Of a stretch of DNA of 64,000 nt, positions 20,782 to 31,837 are shown piece by piece; within the stretch, counting starts at the first letter, position 1, and each line of letters begins with the position of its first letter. The position numbers were made by a program, and so were the translations under genes. The notes beneath the pieces were generated by a model. The model saw only the letters and a program-made list of their open reading frames with translations, was not told the DNA's origin and did no database searches. Source of the DNA: Nitrosopumilaceae archaeon. Its GTDB lineage: Archaea; Thermoproteota; Nitrososphaeria; Nitrososphaerales; Nitrosopumilaceae. The stretch covers positions 320,001 to 384,000 of the forward strand of contig OZ242274.1 of NCBI GenBank assembly GCA_965207375.1, written 5' to 3'.

Positions 20782-22779
20782 ATGGGATCTGCAAGTCTTG
20801 CACGAGTCGTTCCATTTTTTGTTCTAGTTGCCATAGTTGTAGGAGGCTCTGCCCAGACTGCTTTTGGAGCAGGCGCCATATCGGAAGGATTTGCAATCGG
20901 CGAGGCTCTGCCTGAATGGATAGGCTGGGCCATAGTAGTCGGCCTAGGTGCAGTATTTGCAGTTATAATTACAGTTGAGGTAAAAATTGAGGAAAAGTAT
21001 CTAGGTGTTAACCAGACATCTGAAATGTTTAACACCGCAGGTCGTACAATCAAAACCGGTCTAACTGCAGCTGCTATAGTTTCTGCATGGACTTGGGCTG
21101 CCACACTGTTACAGTCATCAACTGTGGCATATCAGTATGGTATAAGCGGTCCATTTTGGTATGCGGCAGGTGCATCAATCCAGGTACTCTTGTTTGGAAT
21201 CTTGGCAATAGAGTTAAAACGCAAGGCGCCAAATGCACATACATTCCTAGAAATCATTCGTGCACGTTACGGCAACGGTTCACACAAGGTATTCTTGGTA
21301 TTTGCACTGACAACTAACATGATAGTAACTGCCATGCTTTTACTTGGAGGTTCGGCAGTGGTCAATGGCCTGACCGGAATGGACATCTCTCTTGCAGCAT
21401 TTTTGATTCCAATCGGCGTGATGATTTACACCTTGGTGGGAGGTCTCAAGGCGACCTTTGTTGCTGATTATATGCATACAATTATCATATTTGTTGTAAT
21501 TTTGACATTTGTTGCAGCCGTGTATATCAACAGCGACATTACCGGAGGTATCGAGGGAATGTATGACAAGCTTGTAACTGCTGCAGAATTGAGACCCATT
21601 GAGGGCAATGCTGCAGGCGCATTTTTGACGATGGCATCAATTGGAGGTTTGATGTTTGGTATTATCAATATAGTAGGAAACTTTGGAACAGTCTTCGTTG
21701 ATCAGGCATACTGGCAGAGGGCAATTGCTGCAAAGCCCTCCTCTACAGTAAAGGGCTTTTTGCTTGGAGGTGCCTGCTGGTTTGCAATACCGTTTACTTT
21801 GGCTACTACAATGGGTCTTACAGCGGTGGCGCTTGACGTTGATCTAACTCCGGAACAGGTTCAGCTGGGACTAGTAGTTCCTGCTGCTGCAACTGCCCTT
21901 ATGGGGGAGCTTGGTGCAATTATGGTACTTACAATGTTGTTTATGGCAGTAACGTCTGCAGGATCTGCAGAGCTCATTGCGGTTTCATCGCTGATTACTT
22001 ATGATATTTATCGGACGTACAAGAATCCTAATGCCTCTGGTAAAAAGCTCGTCAAGGTTTCTAGGGCGACAATTGTAGGGTTTGGCCTTGGGATGGGCGG
22101 CCTTGCAGTAATGTTACTGCACATGGGCCTGAGTCTGGGATTTGTATATCTTGCAATGGGAATTATAATTGGCGCAGCAGTAATTCCGATTGCATTGACA
22201 ATTCTCTGGAAGAGAACAAACAGGGTTGCTGCCACCTCTGGTGCAATAATTGGCTTGGGTGTTGCACTGACTACGTGGCTTTCTGTTGCAGCATCACTGC
22301 CAGAGTTTGGCGGCCAAATCAATCTTGCAAGCCTGGGCCACAACTATTCAATGCTGTTTGGAAACATTGCAGGAATCTTGACTGGTGGTGCCATAACTGT
22401 TATTGGAAGCCTTGCAACAAAGTCAACCTTTGACTGGAAGGATCTCAAAGACAAGATTACCCTTGTCGAACTAACCGAGGCCGAATCTGCACAAATAACT
22501 GAAAACGAGGAGACTCTCAAAAAGGCATTCAAATTCAGTCTCAAAGGCGGCGGCATAATGACGCTTGTACTTATAATTGCATGGCCCATGCCTCTTATTG
22601 CATCGGGAATGGTCTTTGATATTTTGGCATACAGTGCCTGGGTAGGAATCTCAGTAGTTTGGGTAAGTGTTGCATCATTTTTCATAATCTTTTTGCCAAT
22701 TATAGAGGCAAGAAAGGGAATTGCACAGGTGCTTGGCAAAAAACCAGAATCTGAAGCAACAGGTGGGAAAGGAGCATGA
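20782..22779 (+). CDS. dur3: DUR3-type urea active transporter (SSS family)
   Basis: SAWTWAATLLQSS, FVDQAYWQRAIAA; directly after ureC. Confidence 0.9.
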   Translation: MGSASLARVVPFFVLVAIVVGGSAQTAFGAGAISEGFAIGEALPEWIGWAIVVGLGAVFAVIITVEVKIEEKYLGVNQTSEMFNTAGRTIKTGLTAAAIVSAWTWAATLLQSSTVAYQYGISGPFWYAAGASIQVLLFGILAIELKRKAPNAHTFLEIIRARYGNGSHKVFLVFALTTNMIVTAMLLLGGSAVVNGLTGMDISLAAFLIPIGVMIYTLVGGLKATFVADYMHTIIIFVVILTFVAAVYINSDITGGIEGMYDKLVTAAELRPIEGNAAGAFLTMASIGGLMFGIINIVGNFGTVFVDQAYWQRAIAAKPSSTVKGFLLGGACWFAIPFTLATTMGLTAVALDVDLTPEQVQLGLVVPAAATALMGELGAIMVLTMLFMAVTSAGSAELIAVSSLITYDIYRTYKNPNASGKKLVKVSRATIVGFGLGMGGLAVMLLHMGLSLGFVYLAMGIIIGAAVIPIALTILWKRTNRVAATSGAIIGLGVALTTWLSVAASLPEFGGQINLASLGHNYSMLFGNIAGILTGGAITVIGSLATKSTFDWKDLKDKITLVELTEAESAQITENEETLKKAFKFSLKGGGIMTLVLIIAWPMPLIASGMVFDILAYSAWVGISVVWVSVASFFIIFLPIIEARKGIAQVLGKKPESEATGGKGA

Positions 22780-23294
22780 CCTCGTGTACTGGTTGCAATG
22801 CCACACTTGGCTGGAAAAAATATAATTTCCAAAAACAGTGGAGGGTCCACGGATACTTTTGCAAAGAGTGTATGAAAAAGGTCGGCCAGGACTTTGATGA
22901 TAATGGACGGATTACAATGCCTAAAAGAAAATGTGACTCGTGTCACGGCGAATTTTTCTTTTTGAAAACTAGATTGCAAAACAAAAAACATTATCGTCTG
23001 TGTCAGATATGCAAAGATGTAGATATTGTAGAATCCTCAGGTGAACCTGCTTTGCCACCTGTTCCTTCACGGGTGCCGACCATGATGGCACTCTTTGCAG
23101 GATTTGGCGTGTTGTTGATGATTGCAGGATTTGCATACGTCATGCTTGTTGCACCACAGCAAGATTCCAACATACTGCACATTATAATAGGAAGCTCAAT
23201 GTCTGGCGCGGGATTTATGCTGGCAAGAAAGATGGTCAAGGTTCGCAATCTTGTGCTTGGAAAAAAAACCGAAATTGTAAATGAAATGAGATAA
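22776..23294 (+). CDS. Cys-rich (zinc ribbon) membrane protein
   Basis: Four CxxC pairs and two C-terminal TM helices; ATGA overlap with dur3. Confidence 0.6.
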   Translation: MTSCTGCNATLGWKKYNFQKQWRVHGYFCKECMKKVGQDFDDNGRITMPKRKCDSCHGEFFFLKTRLQNKKHYRLCQICKDVDIVESSGEPALPPVPSRVPTMMALFAGFGVLLMIAGFAYVMLVAPQQDSNILHIIIGSSMSGAGFMLARKMVKVRNLVLGKKTEIVNEMR

Positions 23295-24138
23295 ATGACA
23301 GGCAACAAAATTTCAGGAGAGTCAGTTTGTTAAGAACAAGCCATCCAAAGTATCGAAAATTCATGTATGCCTTGATGGGCGTATGTGCTGCCGTCATTTT
23401 ACTAGTAAATATTTAGCAAGATGAATCCTGTAAGGTAGGTTTATTGTTTCTGTATTTGCAATTCTAGCCACGGCTTATGTAAACTCGTCACGCCGGATCT
23501 GCTTATAGCAAAAGTAAATCATCTCAAGATGTAAAATAAAATATTTGCCAACATGTGTCAATTGGTAAGATTTGTGTTTTTGCTATAGTGTAATGGCGAT
23601 TGCAAGAATTTTATCAAAGACAATGGTTTGCGGCACGGTGGTATAGGCAAGGCGCATTAGTTGGCAGACATTATCGCATGGGCAAACAACAAGAACAAAG
23701 AACCTGACGGTGTTATTTCGATCAACATTGCTGACAAAATTATGAATGTAATGAAAAACAAGATAAAATAAGTCCCGTATCCACAACGGCCCAAGATCGC
23801 CGACAACCATGTCGTCCAAGGGATTCGGTTACGGATAATTATAATACGCGATGCTGAAATATAACTATGTCTAAAAGGCTAGATGGTAGCGTAATCTAAA
23901 TTTTAGGTACAAATTCATCACATTTTTACTAGTTTAGGCAGGTTACGTTACTAGTAGATCCAATGGGCATATTGACTCTTCTAAATCAGGACAGCGTGAT
24001 CAATTATCAAATTTGTTGTTTTAAGCAACGGTTGTTTGCATGATCTTGCCTCTCAAATAACACATTTGGTGTTTTTTATGTCTAAAGAGCATGCCGTAAT
24101 CCATTATCATTTCTTATATAACCAAGACCTGTAGAATA

Positions 24139-24243
24139 ATGATTACCAAAACAATTCTGTTCGCTCTGATTGTTGCAATATTGCTTCCATTTGCTGGAAT
24201 GCAAATTGCACAGGCACAAAATACAGCAAACACTGGTACCTGA
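24139..24243 (+). pseudogene. Truncated secreted protein (signal peptide only)
   Basis: MITKTILFALIVAILLPFAGMQIAQAQNTANTGT then stop. Confidence 0.35.
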
Positions 24244-24351
24244 TTCAGAAACAAAAATAATCGTAAATTGGAATAATGCTGAAAGTTTCCGACGCTGATT
24301 ATATGATGGCTGGAATTAGTGGGGATTTTGGGCACCAATTTGAGGTATCAT

Positions 24352-24453
24352 CATCTAAGCGAAATGTAACCTAAATTCTTACCCACGCCTCTGTTGCTCT
24401 GTTTGTATTTCAGTGTAGATTTTGTTCTATTTTGCACACATTTTGCTTAGCTG
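24352..24453 (+). mobile_element. ~100-bp MITE, copy 1 (diverged)
   Basis: CATCTAAGCGAAATGT...ACATTTTGCTTAGCTG ends; homologous to 37765, 62393 and 63455. Confidence 0.75.
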
Positions 24454-25565
24454 ATGGGGGGGATTATTTGAACAAGTGTTGATAGGCCTGGTGTATGTGT
24501 TACTTCAGATGTGTCACCTATTCCTTCATATAACATGTCGAGACCATTGAACACTACTTGATGTTCACCTACGCTGTAATGTCTATCTATAGTAAAATTC
24601 CATGATAATACTCCATTGGAATCTTCACTGAAAAAACACTCTGAGTTTGGGTTATTAACATGATGCCATTTACCAAGTGTAACATTATCGTATATGAGCT
24701 GATTCTCTTTCAGATGATTAAGAGAATCTTGTGAAACATACTTGTAGCAATTACCCTCACTCATATATACAATCCACATGTCTGAACCGTCAATTATTGA
24801 TATTGGTGGGTCTGGCAGTATGAGTTTAGCTGTAACAAATACAGTGTCACCTAAAGTGTAAATTTTCTTATCTGTCTTAATCCATGATTCTGCGGTTGGT
24901 TGTTCGTTTTGCGGTGCGATTAAATCGTCAGCACCTTTATTGTCAGGTTTAGTGGCCTTTCTGTCTAGTTTTTCCTGTAATTCCTCAATCTTGCTCTCTA
25001 GACGGTCAATCTTTTTGTTTTTTTGATCAAGTTTGTTCTTGGTCTCAACATACTTTGTTTCCTTTTGAGTATCGGTCATGGCTCTAAAATCTAAAATCCA
25101 TTGTGCGACTGTTTCTTGGATCTTAGTTGTAACATCTGTTATTGGATTTATGCTAGTTGGAATGTTTTGATTTTGACCCGTATTTGCAACCAATACTATG
25201 CCTGTCTTCCAAGGATGGACCATACAAAAGTATGGATAGGTGCCTGATTCAGTGAATTTGTGAGAAAATGTATTGCCTGCCATTACAATACCACTGTCAA
25301 ATCCATTTGGATAATCAACTCCGACCGTGTATGGATCGTTTAGGTCTCCTGCAGTAACAAAGTGCAATCTTGTATCGCTATTTTGCCAAGTCACAGTATC
25401 ACCAACATCAATTGTAACCAAATAGGGAATAAAACATTCTCGAGTGTCGTCACAGCTTGGAGCGTTTAAACCTTCAGGTATATCAACTGTTACTGTATCT
25501 GCAAAAGCAGGCGTTAATACTGAAACTGCTAAAACTGCGATAATTGTAATGTATAAAATTTTCAC
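24447..25565 (-). CDS. Blue (type 1) copper protein with coiled-coil and C-terminal extension
   Basis: Signal peptide; GDTVTWQN.D...H, YPYFCMVHPW cupredoxin motif; stop codon lies in the MITE. Confidence 0.75.
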   Translation of the reverse strand: MKILYITIIAVLAVSVLTPAFADTVTVDIPEGLNAPSCDDTRECFIPYLVTIDVGDTVTWQNSDTRLHFVTAGDLNDPYTVGVDYPNGFDSGIVMAGNTFSHKFTESGTYPYFCMVHPWKTGIVLVANTGQNQNIPTSINPITDVTTKIQETVAQWILDFRAMTDTQKETKYVETKNKLDQKNKKIDRLESKIEELQEKLDRKATKPDNKGADDLIAPQNEQPTAESWIKTDKKIYTLGDTVFVTAKLILPDPPISIIDGSDMWIVYMSEGNCYKYVSQDSLNHLKENQLIYDNVTLGKWHHVNNPNSECFFSEDSNGVLSWNFTIDRHYSVGEHQVVFNGLDMLYEGIGDTSEVTHTPGLSTLVQIIPPIS

Positions 25566-26376
25566 TGGATTTTAGGCTGAATTGAGAGTAATTAAATCAG
25601 GCGATAATGCACGGGTTCATAATGTTGATTATTTTTAAAATCTACGAGGCCTAAAAGCTCTAAGGAATCTGGTCGCTTTGCATATCTCATCGTCAAGGTA
25701 TTTTCATTATAATATTTTTCCAAAATTAAAACTAGAGTCTTCTTTTGTATCATAAATTCAGAATCTTCCAAATCAATTTTTAAAAACTATATTAAACCAC
25801 ATGGATTATGATGGAAAACAGTCGATTTGACACCAACTGAACCACGATTTGCATTCTAAACCCATCATAGCCTGTATTTGATAGAATCATTTTCAATTGT
25901 TAAATTTGTCGTATTTGACTTGTTACACTAGCATCCGCGTTTACCATTTTTGTGTACCATCTTTGTTCTTTGGTAACAAGTTACTTTTTGTTTTGTGGTT
26001 TTTATTTTTTGCAACATGTATTGTTTTGATGTACTATTTGATAAATTAACACATATGCATCAGCAAAATTTGATTTTTGAAAAATTATTATACTAGTGTG
26101 TTGTAGCATAATCGTGAACAACAAATTACTTTCCAAAACAAAAATAATTAAAGTTTGTAAATTGCATTCTTTTTAAAATCGAATGAAAAATGAGGTAAAC
26201 TTTTCCTGACCAAATAGTTGTGTTAAAAGTTAGTAAGAAAAGTCAAGTAATTTAGGCATATGTGGGCATGAATCTCAAAAATCAGAGACAAGGAAAATTT
26301 TATGAAAAAATAAACATGAAAAGCAAATTTAACATAAATATCACTAAGATCTATCAAATTATTTGATGATTTTTTA

Positions 26377-26765
26377 TTGACCATGCGTGATGCTGGAACA
26401 AAAAGTGCTGATGATATACACGAGGAGGTACTTGCAGAACTAGACAAAATTAATACAAAAGAATGCATAGATACTGTAAGCGATCTTTTACAGGACTGGG
26501 TTCACTATCTAGACAAGAACAACCTGTCCCAAAAACTGTTAGACTTTATTTTTCCGCACTGAACATATATTTGCACTAGAGGAACAAGACTTGCACCTTG
26601 AAATGTGTAGTCAAATACTGTATTTCTAGCAAAAATAAAAAAGAGGAAAAGTATTCTTTGACGGTACAAGAGATCCAAAAAATTTTAAATGTTGTCATGT
26701 GGAAGAAAAAGAGCCTATACCTGACACTTGCCTCATCAGGCATGAGAATAGGGGAGGCCGTACGA
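26377..26765 (+). pseudogene. Fragmented tyrosine recombinase/integrase
   Basis: LT.QEIQKIL...LYLTLASSGMRIGEAV box I motif; broken into several frames, C-terminus missing. Confidence 0.7.
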
Positions 26766-26942
26766 TATGTCCAGGATCTGGTATCGGCGAAAAAACTCAT
26801 CACCGGTCAGCCATCAAAGAAAAGATGGCGCTGCAAGTGTGGTGCAGGACCCTATGTTTCTGGTGAGGTAGCCTTTGCAGGCCAAGCTCATCGAAGAGTA
26901 TCACAAGGGCGACGGCCACGAGATAATTTTCTAGATCGGCAC

Positions 26943-27232
26943 TTTTGTTCCATGTTCCAGATGAATTATTACTCTCCTATAATGACAGATTTTACACCAA
27001 TTTTCAGAATATATGACTTCAATGATCACCTGGAACATGGAACAAAAATATCAAACTCTTCAAAATGGACTCTATTTGTCTGAAAGGCATCGATCATGTG
27101 GACTTTTTTTGTTCCACTTGTTCCACTTTGATTTTACCGATTTGCGAACTTTAGCCCAAAAATGGCAAAAATGGAACATACGAAATTCGCTAAAATGAAT
27201 TTGATCTGGAACAAGTGGAACAAAGTGGAACA
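26943..27232. repeat. Iteron-like cluster of ten TGGAACA/TGTTCCA heptamers in two inverted-repeat pairs
   Basis: 22-bp IR (1 mismatch) 26943-26964/27026-27047; perfect 18-bp IR 27108-27125/27207-27224. Confidence 0.75.
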
Positions 27233-27807
27233 CAGGCGTGTCATTTCGCAAATCAGACAAAAATTTTTGATCCCTCTTACGCCTAACCAGATTTGATACT
27301 ATGATTTACAGTGCCAAAATTACCCATATTTTTGATGGAAATCATTTTTTTGCGATCCGAAATAGTGGATATTTAAACCCCCAAAATAACTCAATTTCTG
27401 TGCCTATTTTGATCCCTGTTTGTTAACAAAACGGACAAAAACCCATTTTATGATATCTTTGATTTTTGATGGGAATATTTCAAATTGGCCAGATTGTGCC
27501 TCTGGTACCAATTTTGGGTCAAAATCGGCATTTTTTACGAAATTCGCACTCTCGGTACACTAAAGTGGTCTGCATAAAGAAAATAGATTAGATCGCTACA
27601 TGTTTTTGTCTGATTTGCTCTTTTTTGATCTCTATTTTCAAGGATTACAGATCCCACCTATACCTGACACTTTTCCACTTGCAAAACATCACAGACTCTG
27701 TCCAAAACTAACTTTGTTTCATCTGGAACACGCGATGATACTCTTTGATCCATACATTATACCACACAGGCACGAATTTGGTTTGTGCCAGATATCATTT
27801 CTGATCC

Positions 27808-28110
27808 ATGTCTGATTCGCTACTGCTTTTATCAAACATGATACACAACGGTACTATACTGTTAAAGTTCTATAATGTGACATCACAAAATATCGTCTGT
27901 ATATCAAAACCATACAAGCCATATTCTTTGGTGAATCATCCAAATGGTACCATACAAAAAACCAACAGTATCACCGGCCAAAAGATACGATGTAATAAAA
28001 TACCATACAGGGGCACATCTGAATCAGATTTAGAGTCAGAAATTAACCAAAGATACTCGTATTTGTGGGATGCTGGTTTAACAGTTAACCCACCAGCAGA
28101 TAACAAGTAA
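27808..28110 (+). pseudogene. Relic of family B DNA polymerase N-terminal domain
   Basis: LLLS...ILLKFYN..SQ.I....YKPY and ESEI...YSYLWDAGL resemble the archaeal PolB1 N-terminus. Confidence 0.5.
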
Positions 28111-29244
28111 CGATATTCGACAAAAAAAGTAAACCGAAACAGATCAATAAGGCCTGCCTCTGAGGACTTTATGATCAAACAAAACCAAAAGAGGCTGACA
28201 ATATAATGGATAATCCACTCACATATCAAAATATCGCCGCACCTTTGAAGAAGTTCATAGAACTGTGCGGTATCATATCAGACAGTGACACCATAGAACA
28301 TGATGCATCAGATATGACAAATAATGACTGGAACCGCATGTATCACTACATCAGCAGGAGGATATGCAGAAGGCATGAGAAAAACAACAGGTACATCTGG
28401 ATGCAATGGATAAGGCAAAGCAGGCCTACATGACGCCATGTAAAAATACGCATAATGTGGTAGTAGCACTTGATGAGTTTGACGTAAATATTCGTGATGA
28501 AAAATCTGAATGCATACTTGAAAATCATGATGCTGCTGTCAAATATATCATGATGATAGTAAAGGGGACATCACGCAAATGTAAACACGGCACGTCATGA
28601 CAGGATTGCACGCCAGAAAAGCCAAGTGAAAAATATATTGGATTTGCATGTAATTCAAACGAACTAGACGTTGCAGCATACATGAAAAGATGGGGAGTTG
28701 AAACAGGGTACCGCATGATTGAGGATCTTCGAGTCAAAACCGCAGTACTGTATACTGGTGCAAGATTACTGTGTTTTACAGCATCAATCATGGTATCATA
28801 ATCAATGGGTTGTAATTAATGCAGAATCTGGTTTTGGATTGGGTGACTCTAAATGGTGTGGAATTTCATTTGTCACACTTGAGTTTAAAATTACAATTAT
28901 ATCCGAATATCAGATCAATCCCAAGCCTCCGCCGGATATTGCAGCAGATTCTGCGTTGCTGGTGGGTTAACTGCTGATTTAGGCAGTGTTATATGTCTGG
29001 ATTACCTAAATTAATTACCCGTACTCGAATCCTTTGGGCCACGGTTTGTGGTAATACTAGGGGCGTAATGTGGGTACGGACTTATTTTATCATGGGGAAT
29101 CAGGGGCTCATGTGAATGTAGTATCTTATTTTATAACGCGATTTAATTTATTATTAATTCTAGAGATCAAATCCATTGTAATTGTTCCATCCGATTCATA
29201 TTTTCTGTTATTGGACCATGCAACAATATCAGACAGTATGTGCA

Positions 29245-29627
29245 CATAACCAATATCGATAGGCCAGGGAACCTCAGAAATAATCATGATTGAGGACAAC
29301 AAGATACTTGATGGTCAGAGTCTGGATTGGGCCTCTGAATTTATCACACACAAGATAAACCGATTTGCATATCTTGATACAAAGATGTTGTTACAGCACA
29401 AAGATGTTTGTGCAAAATATGCCAAGGCACTAGCTGAGAATATAGCCACAGAGACAGAGGCAATGGCATCTGCATACGGTTATACAAAAGACATCATAGT
29501 ATCTGGCGGAGGAATTCTGATTCCAAGGGTGCGCCAAGAACTCCAATCAAGACTAGGAAAATATAACATCAAGGTTCCAGATGATCCCGTGATGAGCAAC
29601 GCCGAAGGCCTTTACAGGCTGGCATAA
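29245..29627 (+). pseudogene. ParM/StbA-like actin ATPase C-terminal fragment
   Basis: Frameshifted phosphate-2 motif ID(I)GQGTSEI, IIVSGGG, DDPVMSNAEGLY. Confidence 0.7.
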
Positions 29628-29757
29628 TCTCCTTTTTTATTTTCTCAATTTAGTTTTTACACATGCATAAAATTATCAAAACATCTAGGGGATAGGGAAA
29701 GTTTGATTCTCTCTGAAAAGTAATAGAATCCGAATTATTTAATTCTGTTGAAAAACA

Positions 29758-29841
29758 CGCCGAGAGAGGGATTTGAACCCCCGCCACTGGAATGTGAGTG
29801 GATCATAAGTCCACCGTCATACCAAACTAGACCATCTCGGC
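29758..29841 (-). tRNA. Class II tRNA with serine-like body and UAU anticodon (nominal tRNA-Ile(TAT))
   Basis: GCCGAGA/TCTCGGC acceptor, GTGGA-CTTATGA-TCCAC anticodon arm, 15-nt variable region, GGGGG-TTCAAAT-CCCTC T arm, G73. Confidence 0.85.
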
Positions 29842-30365
29842 ACAAATTTTTACTAGTCAATTAATATAATAAAAATGCCCTGACCATTCCAGTCAAATCA
29901 GGGCTTTTAGTCAAATGTGAGACACATAAGACACGGACAAGTAATCTTGACCATCATTATTAGATAATTGCCTATTAAAAAGAATTGGATGGATTTTTTA
30001 CTACATCAATACGATATGGAACTGTCTTTAATTATACTAGATTGGCATATCTTGCCAATTATGTATCAAGAATTGTATTTTTGAATCTAGTTTCAAAAAT
30101 ATGATGCATATGATCGGGTTATTCTGGGCAGAATTTTGGCTTTAAAAGTAAACCAGATTTGAGAATATGTGAGTGAGATACGATTCTCCAGCGTTAATTG
30201 TTGGTAAAACATCAATATGCAAATTTTCTCTGGATTGCCCGTGCCTAGATTACTGCCTATACCAGCAGATCAATCACACATTATCAAAGCAATCACACAT
30301 TAGCAGAACATAATCTTCTCCGAGTTGTCACTGTTTCATCACACATGTAACTTTGACATTAGAGT

Positions 30366-31590
30366 TTATTGCACGTACAGTGCAGCGTTTGATATTACTG
30401 TCCTCCACTTTTGTCCGTGTATAGTTATACCTGCAGCCTCTGCAGGCGTCTTGCCTCCAAGACTCGAGTGACACCGCATGAAATTGTAATAAATATCACA
30501 TCCTGCAAATATTGGCGAGTTTTTACTTTTAATGCCGCGTCTGGGTCGTTGTATAGCACGTAATGTCCCGTTGAATCTTTCTCAGACATTGTTGTTGTTC
30601 TTTTTGGAAATTCCTGCATTTGATATGTGTGTGCAATGTTGATGTATCGCGTTTGGTGCAGCATACACTGATTCAAATGCTTGTGCATATGAGGGCAGGC
30701 CATCGCTTACAAATTCTGTAGGTTTCTTTCCGGCACGGGCTGCTGCAGCTTTGAGTAGGTTTTCTGCATTGTGTCCGTCCTTGCAGTCTGCAACCTCCCA
30801 TGCTAGTAAAAATCGGGTATCATAATCAGTCTCTGCAAAAAGATAATTTTGTTTACCTCTTATTGAAACGTATTCTTCGTCTGCACAGAATCGATTGCCT
30901 GTATTAATTGAAAGTGACATCAGGTATACATACACCATTGTTACAAATTTGATTATCCATCTGTATATCGTAGATATACACTCCCTTTTGTGCTAGCGTG
31001 TCTTGTATTGCACTAGGTGTATGTCCCTTATAGTAGGCATCAAGTGCATCTGTGATTGCCCATGGTATAGTTTGCATGTGTTCCATGCCTCCCTTGTACC
31101 CAAAGACACGATTGCAATTTTTGCATTGGTATCGTTGCGTAGTGCCATGTCTACGCTGTATGTGACCATATTTTATGATGTGTTCGTCACCGCAATGCAT
31201 ACAGTGTGATGGAATCTCTATTAGAACTATTTCTGTGGTTTTTTTCTCAGTATTGTCATCTGCATCTTTGGGCTGTTTGTCCTGGCAAGGCAGCTTAGCT
31301 GCATCTTTGGATTGTTCATCAATTATTGTCTCTGCATCTCTGTCTACAGTATCTGCAATTACTGCTAGGATATGCTTGCATTGAGCCTGTCTGTATTTGT
31401 GATCTGGACAGTCACAGGACCAAGAATTTTTTTTCTGTATCACGGTATATCTGGTGTTATCCTTAGATTGGGACTGTACTGTGTAATGGTTAGGTTTGAC
31501 TTTTTTTATTGCATTTTGTGTTTCTAGTATTTTCAAGGCACGATTTCCACGCCTCTGTGCACCCTTACTCCAGGATACACGTGTACTCAT
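30366..31590 (-). pseudogene. IS6-like DDE transposase with N-terminal SWIM zinc finger, disrupted
   Basis: CDCPD...CKH SWIM, zinc ribbon, ADE, SDGLPSY, NNNV*ERFNGTLR, TPAEAAGI; frameshift near 30975 and stop at 30582. Confidence 0.8.
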
Positions 31591-31837
31591 CCATCTAGTA
31601 ACTCTTGCCATTTTGTCAGTACTGCGCGTAAGCAGTACCGATGTCTTGTTTCGTATAGCCTCAAATTTTTCGTGTAGTTTAAATTTTGATCTTGTATATG
31701 ATTTTTGATATGTTAGTCCCATCATTGCGAAATTCGATGGGACTACATGTCGTGATACATTTGGATCATGTGGGTTAACAAATTTTGAAAAAATGGTTAA
31801 ATTTTTGATCTCTTTTACCTGCACAAGAACAAACTAT

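Noticed and set aside
22344-22991. 215-aa minus-strand ORF and many similar short antisense ORFs in the track
   Set aside because: Shadows of well-supported genes on the opposite strand, with no motifs
23590-23770. Possible decayed gene on the + strand with an internal TAG
   Set aside because: No recognisable motif; too short to call
23814-23831. GTCCAAGGGATTCG(G/A)TTA shared with 49063-49080
   Set aside because: Only 17 of 18 bp with no extended homology or structure; cannot assign
28206-28720. Possible P-loop kinase relic (KFIELCGI...)
   Set aside because: Walker A motif not intact and frames fragmented; not supportable by eye
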